Position numbers and translations under genes: made by a program | NCBI GenBank assembly: GCA_019057385.1 | Contig: JAHQJS010000004.1 | Span: 160,001-224,000, forward strand | DNA: 64,000 bases | From: Candidatus Borrarchaeum weybense | GTDB taxonomy: Archaea; Asgardarchaeota; Sifarchaeia; Borrarchaeales; Borrarchaeaceae | Direction: 5' to 3' | Notes under the pieces: generated by a model | What the model saw: the letters and a program-made list of their open reading frames with translations, nothing else | Told to the model about the DNA's origin: nothing | The model's database searches: none | Shown here: piece by piece, positions 47,817-57,136 of the stretch | How the letters are laid out: every line of letters begins with the position of its first letter | Position numbering within the stretch: the first letter of the stretch is position 1

Positions 47817-48224
47817 TCATTGATTTTGTGCTAAATAATTGCTATGAGTAAATGCGCCAATCAAAGCCGATAAAATGGCTGTAATAAATATTAGCGCAAA
47901 TGCGATGAAATCCACCGTCTCATTTATCATGACCACATTAATGTTTATTACAAGGCAAATAATGCCCAAGATGATTCCAGTAATTAAACCTCCATGAAGG
48001 GGTACTATTCTAGGAACTTCTAATATAAACATCCCAGAAAAGAGCCCCGCAAAAAAGATTCCGGCGAATAATAGACTATATGAAACGAGTGTACTTGGGT
48101 CTGAAACATAAGTTCGAAAACTCATAAAGAATACAAAAATTATGCTAGACATAGACGCAGAAATGAGGCTGCCCATAATTAGTTTTTCAAAGTAATAAGG
48201 TATTTCTCTTGTTTGTTGTGTCAA
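47817..48224 (-). CDS. Small membrane protein (4 TM)
   Basis: Four hydrophobic helices. SD AGGTGAG. Confidence 0.7.
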   Translation of the reverse strand: MTQQTREIPYYFEKLIMGSLISASMSSIIFVFFMSFRTYVSDPSTLVSYSLLFAGIFFAGLFSGMFILEVPRIVPLHGGLITGIILGIICLVININVVMINETVDFIAFALIFITAILSALIGAFTHSNYLAQNQ

Positions 48225-48260
48225 CTTGTTCTCACCTAAAACATCACGGTAGTTTAAAAT

Positions 48261-49283
48261 CTACTGAAATACTTCTGGTATTGTAGCTACAACGGTGTTG
48301 ATATCTGACCTTGAGATATTCAAATAGGTGACCATTCTAAACAAGTCTTCTCCCATACGAGATACCTTTATTCCTTTGTTCTCAAATCGATTTTGAATTT
48401 CTGAAGCAGTCCATTTTGTTTTAGACAGGTCACCATAGATAATATTAGTTTCAACAGGTTTAAGTTTAATAGGTATTTTTTCCAGTTCCTTTGCAATTAT
48501 TTTAGCATGCATATGATCTTCCGCCAGTCGATCTATCATGTTATTTAGGGCATATATTCCAGGAGCTGCAATTATACCGGCTTGTCTCATTCCTCCTCCT
48601 AATATTTTGCGGTTCTTACGTGCTCTATGGATGAATTCCTCTGTCCCTACAATTACTGAGCCTACGGGGCAGCCTAATCCTTTACTTAAACATATTTGCA
48701 CACTATCCGCATTCTCAACTAACTTAGCTGCTGGAGTTCCTGAGGCTATCGCGGCATTGAATATTCTTGCACCATCAATGTGAACAGCAACTTCGTTTTC
48801 ATGGGCAATTTTTGCAAGGGTGTCAATGTTTTCCTTGGGGATAACAGTTCCGCCAGCGTGGTTATGCGTGTTCTCTATGCACAACAATTTAGGTTCTGCA
48901 AAATGAACGTTGTAGGGTCGTGTAAGAATTTCTTCTACGTCTTTTGGATTCATTGCACCATTTTTCCCTTTAACGAGAAAAGGATATGCGCCAATAATGG
49001 AGGAGAATCCTCCAGCCTCATTTAAGTAAGTATGACTTTCTGCTTCGAGGACGATACCGTCTCCACTATTAAGATGTGTCATATTTGAAACTAAATTGCC
49101 TTGAGTTCCACTCGTAACTAACAAACCTGCTTCTTTTCCAAGTTTTTTAGCTGCTAGTGCTTCCAGATGCGCGACTGTAGGATCTTCTCCCCAAACATCG
49201 TCTCCTAATTCGGCTGTCAGGATAGTTGCAAGCATTTCACGGGAAGGCATAGTGAATGTATCGGAACGCAGGTCTACTACCAT
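48261..49283 (-). CDS. ltaE: Low-specificity L-threonine aldolase
   Basis: DLRSDT, GDDVWGEDPT, SGTQGN, ENTHN, HIDGARIFNA, CLSKGLG, GGGMRQAG. Confidence 0.94.
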   Translation of the reverse strand: MVVDLRSDTFTMPSREMLATILTAELGDDVWGEDPTVAHLEALAAKKLGKEAGLLVTSGTQGNLVSNMTHLNSGDGIVLEAESHTYLNEAGGFSSIIGAYPFLVKGKNGAMNPKDVEEILTRPYNVHFAEPKLLCIENTHNHAGGTVIPKENIDTLAKIAHENEVAVHIDGARIFNAAIASGTPAAKLVENADSVQICLSKGLGCPVGSVIVGTEEFIHRARKNRKILGGGMRQAGIIAAPGIYALNNMIDRLAEDHMHAKIIAKELEKIPIKLKPVETNIIYGDLSKTKWTASEIQNRFENKGIKVSRMGEDLFRMVTYLNISRSDINTVVATIPEVFQ

Positions 49284-49311
49284 TTTTACCTCACCTAAAT
49301 TTGTTTTAAGA

Positions 49312-49962
49312 TCATAAAGCGTTTTTGAGTTTTTTTAATATCTTATTAGTTGGAATAGGGCCTTCTCTTATGACTTTTGGTGGATCAAGAGTCAAGTCAA
49401 GTATTGTGGAAGGGGGCTTTTGTGGAAGAATGCCAATATCCAGATATAAATCTACCTTATTTTCTAATTGGTCAAAGGCGTCTTGTATCGAGTATGTATC
49501 TGGCTGACCAGATACGTTTGCACTGGTTGCAGTGATCGGAACGCCTGCACGTTCTACTAATGCAAGTGCAATAAGATTGTCAGGCATTCGTATACCAATT
49601 GTTTCTTTTCCTCCACTTAAGAGATCCGAAATGATTTCTCTTTTTCTTAAAACAAGAGTTAAAGGACCAGGTAGAAAATGTTGCGCTAAATTTAAGGCAG
49701 ATTCTGGTACAAAAGCATAGTCCTCTGCCATCTGTAAACTTGACACGACAATATGAAGAGGTTTATTAAGTGACCTCTGTTTAAGTTGGAAGATTTTTGT
49801 GACAGCACGAGCGTCAGTCACATTCGCACCTAAGCCATAAGAAGTATCTGTAGGGAATACAACCAGTTTTCCTTGTCGTATAAAATCTGCCGCGATTTGA
49901 ATTTTGCTAAATTCTATCGCCGTTTCACTTAATTTGAGTATGATTGGAGATTGTGTAGAAAT
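49312..49962 (-). CDS. sua5: L-threonylcarbamoyladenylate synthase (Sua5/TsaC), probable ATT start, 216 aa
   Basis: Conserved N-terminal AADFIRQGKLVVFPTDTSYGLGA lies upstream of the ORF-track GTG 49821; also KQR..NKPL, PGPLT, TATSANVSG, PSTI. SD AGGAGGA 6 nt before ATT 49962. Confidence 0.88.
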   Translation of the reverse strand: MSTQSPIILKLSETAIEFSKIQIAADFIRQGKLVVFPTDTSYGLGANVTDARAVTKIFQLKQRSLNKPLHIVVSSLQMAEDYAFVPESALNLAQHFLPGPLTLVLRKREIISDLLSGGKETIGIRMPDNLIALALVERAGVPITATSANVSGQPDTYSIQDAFDQLENKVDLYLDIGILPQKPPSTILDLTLDPPKVIREGPIPTNKILKKLKNAL

Positions 49963-50069
49963 AGATCTTCCTCCTAAAAATCAAAATACCCTATACGTTA
50001 ACCGACGTAAATCATTTTTTCTATATATATGAACTTGTAGGATAACTCCCGTAATATCGAAATTTTTAA

Positions 50070-50924
50070 GTGATGCCTGAAAACAATATTTTGAGATTAA
50101 CCATGCCATCTAAAAAATTATGTGTACATTTTTCTGCTGCCTCCTCACTCTCTTTCTATTGTCTTTTAAAACATGGCGTAATTCCAAATGAATATGCAGA
50201 GCGCGTGTGTAAAGGGGGCGAGTCCCTTATAGAGGCATGCATCAAGTCATATGAAATTGAGAAAGTAAAAAAGGCTATTGACGAGAACGTTACTATCAAT
50301 AAACTGATTACTGTAGAAAATATGAACTCAGAAGCTCAAAAATTAGAAGATACTTCTTCAACTTCGGACGAGGAAGAGACAGATTTTCTCGAAGAATTAT
50401 TACTGAAAGTTCCAAATGCTAAAAATCAACTTAAGAAGATAACCAAAACAACTCCGCCATCACCAACTCCAGCGCTACCATCAACACGACCAAAACTAAC
50501 TCCGCCTCCACCACAATCAGAAAAAACGATAATAAAAACTAAGAATTACCATGATCATGCCAAAGAATACGAGTCAATGGCTTTAAAAATGCGCGATTCT
50601 GAACTCTATTCTGAGGCCGCAATAGATATCTGCTGTGCGAGTTTGGCATGGATTCTTACAGGTGAAATCCCGCGAGCTATTCAATCACTAAAGAATTTTG
50701 TAGATACACTAGATGCCCATATGAAAGAACAAGTGGGGCGACACCCTGCATTCTTGATTTCAAGAGCTCTCATTGCTGCAGCTTATCATAAAGATCATGG
50801 AAAGTTCTACGAGGCCGAGGTTTATTTGCGTGATCTATACTCAAAATTGCAATACGGAGAAGACAAAACATTTATCGCAGAATCTATAAAAAAAATTGAA
50901 GAGATGCTAAAAAACCAATGGTAA
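50070..50924 (+). CDS. Hypothetical protein (Cys-containing N-terminus, Pro-rich linker, helical C-terminal domain)
   Basis: Long ORF with TPPSPTPALP...PPPP linker. Confidence 0.7.
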   Translation: MMPENNILRLTMPSKKLCVHFSAASSLSFYCLLKHGVIPNEYAERVCKGGESLIEACIKSYEIEKVKKAIDENVTINKLITVENMNSEAQKLEDTSSTSDEEETDFLEELLLKVPNAKNQLKKITKTTPPSPTPALPSTRPKLTPPPPQSEKTIIKTKNYHDHAKEYESMALKMRDSELYSEAAIDICCASLAWILTGEIPRAIQSLKNFVDTLDAHMKEQVGRHPAFLISRALIAAAYHKDHGKFYEAEVYLRDLYSKLQYGEDKTFIAESIKKIEEMLKNQW

Positions 50925-50968
50925 CTAGATCCCGCGTTATGTTCAATTTCAATTTTCTATTTCTATTC

Positions 50969-51559
50969 CTAGATTTTGGTGGTAATTTCAAGACCGTCGT
51001 TGCCTACGGGCACAAATTTGCTTGAGTATTTTTTTGACGAGCGAACATAATTCAAATACTCTTTCATCGACTCTGCAAAGCTGCCTGCATTGTCTGCAAC
51101 TAGTACGCTTCTCTTATGAAGTTTGTCTTCAATTAGTTTAAGATATTTAATGTATTCTCTTTTGGCGGCATCAATGAAAACTAAATCAAATTCACCTTCA
51201 AGTTTTGGAAGGATTTTGAGTGCATCACCAACTATTACATCGATTTTTGGTTTTATTCTAGCTTTTTTTATGTTCTCTTCCGCTATTTTCGCCTCGTCTT
51301 CGTCTATTTCAATTGTGGTTATTCTAGCCTCACTTTCTAGTTCTTTAGCCATTAAGATGGTCGAATAGCCAATAAGTGCTCCAATTTCCAATACTCGCTT
51401 AGGTTTGATCTCTCGAAGAACATCCATCAAAACCCTGCCTTTTTCAGGTCCAACAATTGGAAGATACTTTTTATTGGCTAGTTCTTCAATAGAATTTAAT
51501 ACTCTATCAGCTTGGTTCAAATTGATCACAAAAGCCATTGTAAGAAATAGAAAATTCAC
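50969..51559 (-). CDS. SAM-dependent O-methyltransferase (YrrM/COMT-like)
   Basis: LPIVGPEKG, VLEIGALIGYS, FDLVFIDAAK, VADN. True start probably near 51520. Confidence 0.9.
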   Translation of the reverse strand: MNFLFLTMAFVINLNQADRVLNSIEELANKKYLPIVGPEKGRVLMDVLREIKPKRVLEIGALIGYSTILMAKELESEARITTIEIDEDEAKIAEENIKKARIKPKIDVIVGDALKILPKLEGEFDLVFIDAAKREYIKYLKLIEDKLHKRSVLVADNAGSFAESMKEYLNYVRSSKKYSSKFVPVGNDGLEITTKI

Positions 51560-51581
51560 AGCAATTCTTCAAAGCAAGAAA

Positions 51582-51657
51582 GGGGGATGTTACCCACTTT
51601 GGACACCTTCACGCATCGCTGGGGCTTGTGAAAGCAACGCGGCGGGTATTATTCCCC
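51582..51657 (-). ncRNA. Unidentified structured RNA (~76 nt)
   Basis: GC-rich island. Stems GGGGA/UCCCC, UACCCGC/GUGGGUA, CGCGUUGCU/AGCGAUGCG, whose G-U pairs work on the minus strand only. TATA box TTTTTATAAG at 51690-51681. Confidence 0.6.
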
Positions 51658-51767
51658 AACTGCAAATATGTGTTGTGAAACTTATAAAAATATGGGCTTA
51701 TATCATTCTGCTCTTGTATTGAATCAATGACTACAAGATGGCATAGCGTAACTTTCTAGTTAATTAG

Positions 51768-52862
51768 TTATAGAGACCAGTAAGCAGAATGGACGTTCTT
51801 AACTTCTTTCACAAAATTTTTCGCTTGTATCAAAATCGACTCATCATTTATCCATGTTGGCAGTGGAATAGGCTCTTCTAGAGAAAATTCAATATCTGAT
51901 AGCCCTAATATTATAGATATCCATCCGTAAGGGAGTATAATAGGATTGTATCCACTTCCAATTAAAGTAATTCCTTTTGATCCAGAAATTTGCATAATTT
52001 CTCTATGAATCTCTCCCATCCTTCTTAGTCCATTCAGAGACACTCCTAAATCTGTCAATTTATCAGAGAAATGAGGATCTGAACCTCCGTTTCTAATGAT
52101 TATCTCAGGCTTGAATTCTTTAACTAATGGTAAAACAATTTCTGAATAAGCTAGTTCATAGCAAGAATCGTTCCCATAAACTGGCATGGGAATGTTTACA
52201 TTGTATCCTTCTCCATCTCCTCTACCTACTTCTCTTATATAACCCGTACCTGGATAGAGTGTAGAAGGATTTTGGTGAATAGAAATGAATAATACTTCAG
52301 ACGTCTCAAAAAAAATATTCGCTGTTCCATCCCCATAATGGGCATCTGTGTCTAAAATCAAGATTCGCTTTATTTTCTCCTTTTTTCTTAGGTATTCTGC
52401 ACAAATAGCAACATCGTTCACGATGCAAAACCCACCACCTGAGTTTGGGAATGCATGGTGCATTCCTCCTCCTAAACCCACAGCAGCCGCAGCATTTCCT
52501 TCGAGTATATATTTTAAAGCATTTAAAGACGCACCAACAACGTGCTTTGCAGCTTCAAACATGCCTGGTCGAAGTGGAGTGTCTAATGAGAGCGGTTCAT
52601 ATCTTTTTTCTCCTTGTCTTATCATCTCAAGATATTCTTCATTGTGAACAAGCAATAAATCTTCAAAAGAACAAGGGCTCGATTGGATAATTTTAAGACG
52701 TGGGAGTTCATCTAGACCTAATTGTTTAAATGTGATCAGAAAGTCACTAAATCGTTTCCCTCGGAAGGGGTGACCTTCTCCAAAATCATATTTTGTGAGA
52801 TCTTCTGAGTACATTATCCCAACAACATTCACCCCTTGCCCTCCTCGCAACGTTACTTTCAA
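51768..52862 (-). CDS. Histone deacetylase family protein (AcuC-like)
   Basis: FGEGHP, GGMHHA, GGFCIVND, LDTDAHYGDGT, YPGTG, GSDPH. Confidence 0.93.
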   Translation of the reverse strand: MKVTLRGGQGVNVVGIMYSEDLTKYDFGEGHPFRGKRFSDFLITFKQLGLDELPRLKIIQSSPCSFEDLLLVHNEEYLEMIRQGEKRYEPLSLDTPLRPGMFEAAKHVVGASLNALKYILEGNAAAAVGLGGGMHHAFPNSGGGFCIVNDVAICAEYLRKKEKIKRILILDTDAHYGDGTANIFFETSEVLFISIHQNPSTLYPGTGYIREVGRGDGEGYNVNIPMPVYGNDSCYELAYSEIVLPLVKEFKPEIIIRNGGSDPHFSDKLTDLGVSLNGLRRMGEIHREIMQISGSKGITLIGSGYNPIILPYGWISIILGLSDIEFSLEEPIPLPTWINDESILIQAKNFVKEVKNVHSAYWSL

Positions 52863-52890
52863 ATATGATTAGCTTATTGTATATAAAACC

Positions 52891-54126
52891 GTGGGTGAAA
52901 TGGTGAAATACGACGTCATAGTTGTAGGGGCAGGTCCTGCTGGTTCAACAGCTGCAAAAGAAATGGCTAATAAAGGGCTTAAGGTGATTGTTCTTGAGAA
53001 ACATCGCCTCGACAGGGAAAAACCGTGTGCAGGTGGCGTAACAGAGCGAGCAATACAAAGATTTCAAATTCCTGAGAGCATTTTTGATCGATCTTGTGAC
53101 AAGTTATTCTTATGCTCTCCAAAAGGTAAAACAGTTACACTCACCTATCCTGAACGTATAGTAGCTACAACTATGCGAGCCAAACTTGATAAAACTCTCG
53201 CTGATCAAGCAAGTGATCAAGGCGCCGAGTTCAGAGAAAATACTAGAGTTATTGGTATAATTACTGCAAATGGATCTGTAAAAGGTATTAAAGCAAAAAC
53301 GTCAAATGGTTCAAGTGATATTTATGGAGACCTAACAGTTATTGCGAGCGGAACTCCCAGTATATTAACTAAACATCTTGGCTTACAAACAAGTAATAAA
53401 CACTCTCAAGCACTTTGTTATCAATATCAGATGGCAATGGATGAAAAACTTATTGATGATTTAGTTGGCAATCAAATAGAGGTCTATTATGGATCAGATA
53501 TAGCCCCTGGAGGCTATGCTTGGATTTTTCCTAAAAAAGACATTGTTTCGGTAGGCATGGGTACGTGGCTAGAGTTTTTTAAAGGGACAGATATTCGCTT
53601 AAGGGAAAGATTAGATAACTTTATCAGAAATCATTCGGTAGCAAGTGGAAAACTAGCAGATGCAAAAATACTTTACCCGCAAGCCGCTATGATTTCTTTT
53701 CTTGGAGTAATAAAGAGAAATTACGGAAACGGATTTATGGTTGCAGGTGAGGCTGCCGGACACGTTGATTTTGCAAACGGTGAGGGTATTTATTACTCGA
53801 TGATGTCTGGTGAGCATGCAGGAAAAGTCGCATTAAGTGCTTATAACGCTGAAGATTATTCAGCTGATTTTCTCAGGAAATATAAAATTGCGATCGACAA
53901 AGAGATCGAAAAAGATCTTAAAGCATCCTTTAATATAAGAAGGAATATGTTAACAACTAATAAGCAGCAGGAATTTACTGTAGATACTGCTCTTAAAAAC
54001 CGAGGATTCGGAGATCACCTTTGTAAATACATGCGCGGCGAGGTTTCGCCGAGTGATTTTAAATGGTATGCTTTGAAACACCCTGTGTTTCTTTTGAAAA
54101 TGATCTTTGCGCGCTTTAGATCATGA
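52891..54126 (+). CDS. Geranylgeranyl reductase family FAD-dependent oxidoreductase
   Basis: VVGAGPAGS, KPCAGG, GYAWIFPK, AGEAAG...GEGI. Confidence 0.9.
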   Translation: MGEMVKYDVIVVGAGPAGSTAAKEMANKGLKVIVLEKHRLDREKPCAGGVTERAIQRFQIPESIFDRSCDKLFLCSPKGKTVTLTYPERIVATTMRAKLDKTLADQASDQGAEFRENTRVIGIITANGSVKGIKAKTSNGSSDIYGDLTVIASGTPSILTKHLGLQTSNKHSQALCYQYQMAMDEKLIDDLVGNQIEVYYGSDIAPGGYAWIFPKKDIVSVGMGTWLEFFKGTDIRLRERLDNFIRNHSVASGKLADAKILYPQAAMISFLGVIKRNYGNGFMVAGEAAGHVDFANGEGIYYSMMSGEHAGKVALSAYNAEDYSADFLRKYKIAIDKEIEKDLKASFNIRRNMLTTNKQQEFTVDTALKNRGFGDHLCKYMRGEVSPSDFKWYALKHPVFLLKMIFARFRS

Positions 54127-55362
54127 TTTTGGAGCAGGGATAAGTTGTCTGTAGACATTATTAGCAAGTATTTTAGCTTTTTCTATTGTTATTTCTCTTT
54201 CTTGGCCAGTAACGAAAACGGTACATACCGGATTCGACGGTTCAAGAATGATGCCTTCAACTGGTACATCTACGATATGAGGCATATTTGACAGGTTTGG
54301 AATAATTATTCTCTTTTTTGCATAAAGTATCATTTTTACGGCATAACCTTTTGATTCAAGAGCTTTTTCAGGTAAATTGCCATTAAACGCCTCAATGTGC
54401 AATTTTACTAGATTTGATGATGTAACTGCTTCTATACATTCGAGAGAGCCTTGAAATCGTGGATTAAGTTCGATTAAATAAGGTTGATCACCTCTAATAA
54501 CAAAATCGAATCCATTCGAACCTAAGAGCCCTAATTTTGAACCTAATTCTTCAGAAATACTTTTTATATTATCGATAACTGTTGTTGAATTTTTTAGTGG
54601 AACAATATTTCCGCAATAGCCAAAAGGCATGGAAACTCCTAATTCTGATCTTCCAATTACTTGTTCTGTTACCGAAACAGCTTGACAATCCTTACCTGTT
54701 CCAAGTACTGAACAACTTGCATCAATGCCTTGAATAAATTCTTGAATAAGAATCTTTTTCCCCGAATTTCTTAACTCGTTATATGCCCTATGAAGCTCAT
54801 CTAAATTTGTAATTAATTTAACAAAGAGTCCGCCTGCGCTTCTTGGCGTAGTGAGTACAATTGGATAACCAATATTTTTTGCAATTTCAAGTGCTTCCTC
54901 TGTTTCTTTTACTTCTATAGTCTGTGGGCATTCGATTCCTAATTTCGAGGCTAATCTATAGATACTCAAACGGTCTGAATGACTGATTATCTCTGGAGTA
55001 TTTCCAATAACAGGTGCAATTTTACCAAATCGTTGCCATATTTTAGGTTCATCATCAAAACCGCTGCCTATAAGCAAGAATTTTATCTTTCCATAATAAT
55101 CATCAGCCATTGTTTCGGCTAGGAGGCACATGTATTCAGAAATTGGGCGGAGAAATTTTCTTTTTATTGGATGACTTTTTCTTTGCCGTATAACTGAAAA
55201 AACATGTTCTGCAACAGACCTAAGATCTAAATCTCCAAAAAAGTCAATCGCAAGGACATCATAATTTGCTTTTTTAGCAGAAGTCGCAATGGGTCTTGCA
55301 TTGAACGCAACAACTAAACAGAAGTTGCGATCGTTTTTAGAGTATGTGATATCTTCTTCCAT
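54121..55362 (-). CDS. ATP-grasp domain protein (methanopterin/methanofuran-biosynthesis-associated type)
   Basis: IDFFGDLDL, GSGFDD, IQEFIQG, FGYCGNIVP, GSNGFDF, IELNPRFQGS. Confidence 0.82.
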   Translation of the reverse strand: MEEDITYSKNDRNFCLVVAFNARPIATSAKKANYDVLAIDFFGDLDLRSVAEHVFSVIRQRKSHPIKRKFLRPISEYMCLLAETMADDYYGKIKFLLIGSGFDDEPKIWQRFGKIAPVIGNTPEIISHSDRLSIYRLASKLGIECPQTIEVKETEEALEIAKNIGYPIVLTTPRSAGGLFVKLITNLDELHRAYNELRNSGKKILIQEFIQGIDASCSVLGTGKDCQAVSVTEQVIGRSELGVSMPFGYCGNIVPLKNSTTVIDNIKSISEELGSKLGLLGSNGFDFVIRGDQPYLIELNPRFQGSLECIEAVTSSNLVKLHIEAFNGNLPEKALESKGYAVKMILYAKKRIIIPNLSNMPHIVDVPVEGIILEPSNPVCTVFVTGQEREITIEKAKILANNVYRQLIPAPKS

Positions 55363-55509
55363 TATCTTCCCACTAGAATAATAAATACACTAACGAAATC
55401 TTCATTAATAAATTGAAATGAAGTTCATAATGTTAGCATCATTAGAGAATATTGTTAGGACATCTATCTCAAAAAATTATCATATTAAATCTAAATCTAG
55501 GGGGATTAA

Positions 55510-55971
55510 TTGAGCTTAAGTGAAGAAGATTATTGGGCCAGGCTGGCTTATGAAGCAAAACATGTTAAAAGTGAAGAACCTGGGTTCAAACCTGAAAAAG
55601 GGGATATTCGTAAATGGCATGGTTTCATCCTTGGTACTGAATTGTACGAAGGTGGGGTTTTTCAGATCGAAATTGAAATCCCTAGACAATTTCCTTTCGC
55701 ACCTCCACATGTAAGATGGCTCACAGAAATCTGGCATCCGAATATTTACAAAGAAAAAGTTTGTGTTGGATTACTAGGTAAGGATTGGTCCCCCTCAAAT
55801 AGCTTAGTTGATGTCATTGAGACTCTTAGAATATTATTAGCAGCGCCAAACCCTGCAGATCCTCTAAACACTTCTGCTGCTAATCAGATGGAAAATGATC
55901 TAGAACGCTTCAAGAAGACTGTTAAAGATTTTATTGAGCAATATGCTACTTGGGAAAAATTACAAAATTGA
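55510..55971 (+). CDS. Ubiquitin-conjugating enzyme E2
   Basis: YEGGVF, FPFAPP, WHPNI...VC (active-site Cys), WSPS, PNPADPLN. Confidence 0.95.
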   Translation: MSLSEEDYWARLAYEAKHVKSEEPGFKPEKGDIRKWHGFILGTELYEGGVFQIEIEIPRQFPFAPPHVRWLTEIWHPNIYKEKVCVGLLGKDWSPSNSLVDVIETLRILLAAPNPADPLNTSAANQMENDLERFKKTVKDFIEQYATWEKLQN

Positions 55972-56094
55972 CAAACTCTCTCAAAATAAATACAAATCCA
56001 TTGTGCATCCTATTTTTAAGTTTTAATAATTGTTAATCTGCTAATCTAAAATCAAGAATCTCTGGGATGATTGTGTCTCCTTTCGGTGATCAAA

Positions 56095-57105
56095 ATGAGT
56101 GAAAATGGCGATAGATATCATAGGCAAACTATAATGCCGAACTGGGATCAAAATAAGATTTCTAATGCTACAATATTCCTTGCTGGAGTTGGAGCACTTG
56201 GATGTGTTGTAGCAGAGATATTAACTATGATGGGTGTTGGTAAATTGGTAATTGTGGATTTTGATACTGTTGAACTTTCAAATTTGAACCGTCAATGGCT
56301 ATTCCGTGACGAGGATATTGGAAAATCAAAAGCTTTGGTCGCAAAAGAACATCTTAAAATACTAAATCCTTCTGTCGATGTTATTGCCTTTAATCAAAAG
56401 ATAGAGGACATTCCAGATCGTATTTATGCAATGTGCGATCTGATTGTTTCCTCTTTAGATACCTTTGAGGCACGCCGCTGGTTAAATTCAATGTGTGTTT
56501 CTGTAGGAAAACCATTAATTGATGCAGGTCTTTACGAATTCTTTGGTCATGTTCAGGTAATTATCCCTGGGTCAGATGCTGCATGTCTTGAATGTCAACC
56601 CCTAATCCCCGAAACTCGATTACAGCAAGTTTGTACCCTCCCTGGTGAACCGAGGAAGAAAGAAAGGGATGAACCGAAGGAGGTATTTCCATCTGTTGGA
56701 ACGATTTCTGCCGTAATTGGAGGAATTATGAGCCAAGAAATTGTGAAACTGCTATTAGGGCTTGGGAATCCTATTGGATATCTCTTTTACGATGGTCTTT
56801 CTGAAGAATTCACAAAACTTGATCTTAGTAGAAGATTAGATTGCTTTGTATGTGGTGAAAAGTGGAAACTTGATGAATTAAGATATTTCGCAGAAGGAGA
56901 TGAAAAAATAGGCGAACTACGGAAAAGAATAGCATTGATCTACGGTCTCGCTGATCCTACAATGATAGTGGGAACAAAAATAGTTGATGACGAAATGAGT
57001 ATTACTGAAGCGGAAATATCTGAGCATGCGCTGATCTTCGTTATAGATGCGACTGTGGCTAAACCGATACGAATAAGAGTTGTCTTAACTCATAATTCTG
57101 TTTGA
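56095..57105 (+). CDS. Ubiquitin-activating E1-like enzyme (ThiF domain + catalytic Cys + C-terminal ubiquitin-fold-like domain)
   Basis: DRYHRQ, GVGALG, DFDTVELSNLNRQ, ACLEC, CTLPGEPR, CFVC. Start set at ATG 56095 after GGTGAT. Confidence 0.9.
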   Translation: MSENGDRYHRQTIMPNWDQNKISNATIFLAGVGALGCVVAEILTMMGVGKLVIVDFDTVELSNLNRQWLFRDEDIGKSKALVAKEHLKILNPSVDVIAFNQKIEDIPDRIYAMCDLIVSSLDTFEARRWLNSMCVSVGKPLIDAGLYEFFGHVQVIIPGSDAACLECQPLIPETRLQQVCTLPGEPRKKERDEPKEVFPSVGTISAVIGGIMSQEIVKLLLGLGNPIGYLFYDGLSEEFTKLDLSRRLDCFVCGEKWKLDELRYFAEGDEKIGELRKRIALIYGLADPTMIVGTKIVDDEMSITEAEISEHALIFVIDATVAKPIRIRVVLTHNSV

Positions 57106-57136
57106 TATTATAATTTTTTTCTAGAATCAAGATTAA

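Noticed and set aside
51620-51640. UUCA-containing loop in the structured RNA as a tRNA-Sec anticodon arm
   Set aside because: No D-arm, T-loop (GTTCRA) or long variable arm, and the overall fold is not a cloverleaf.
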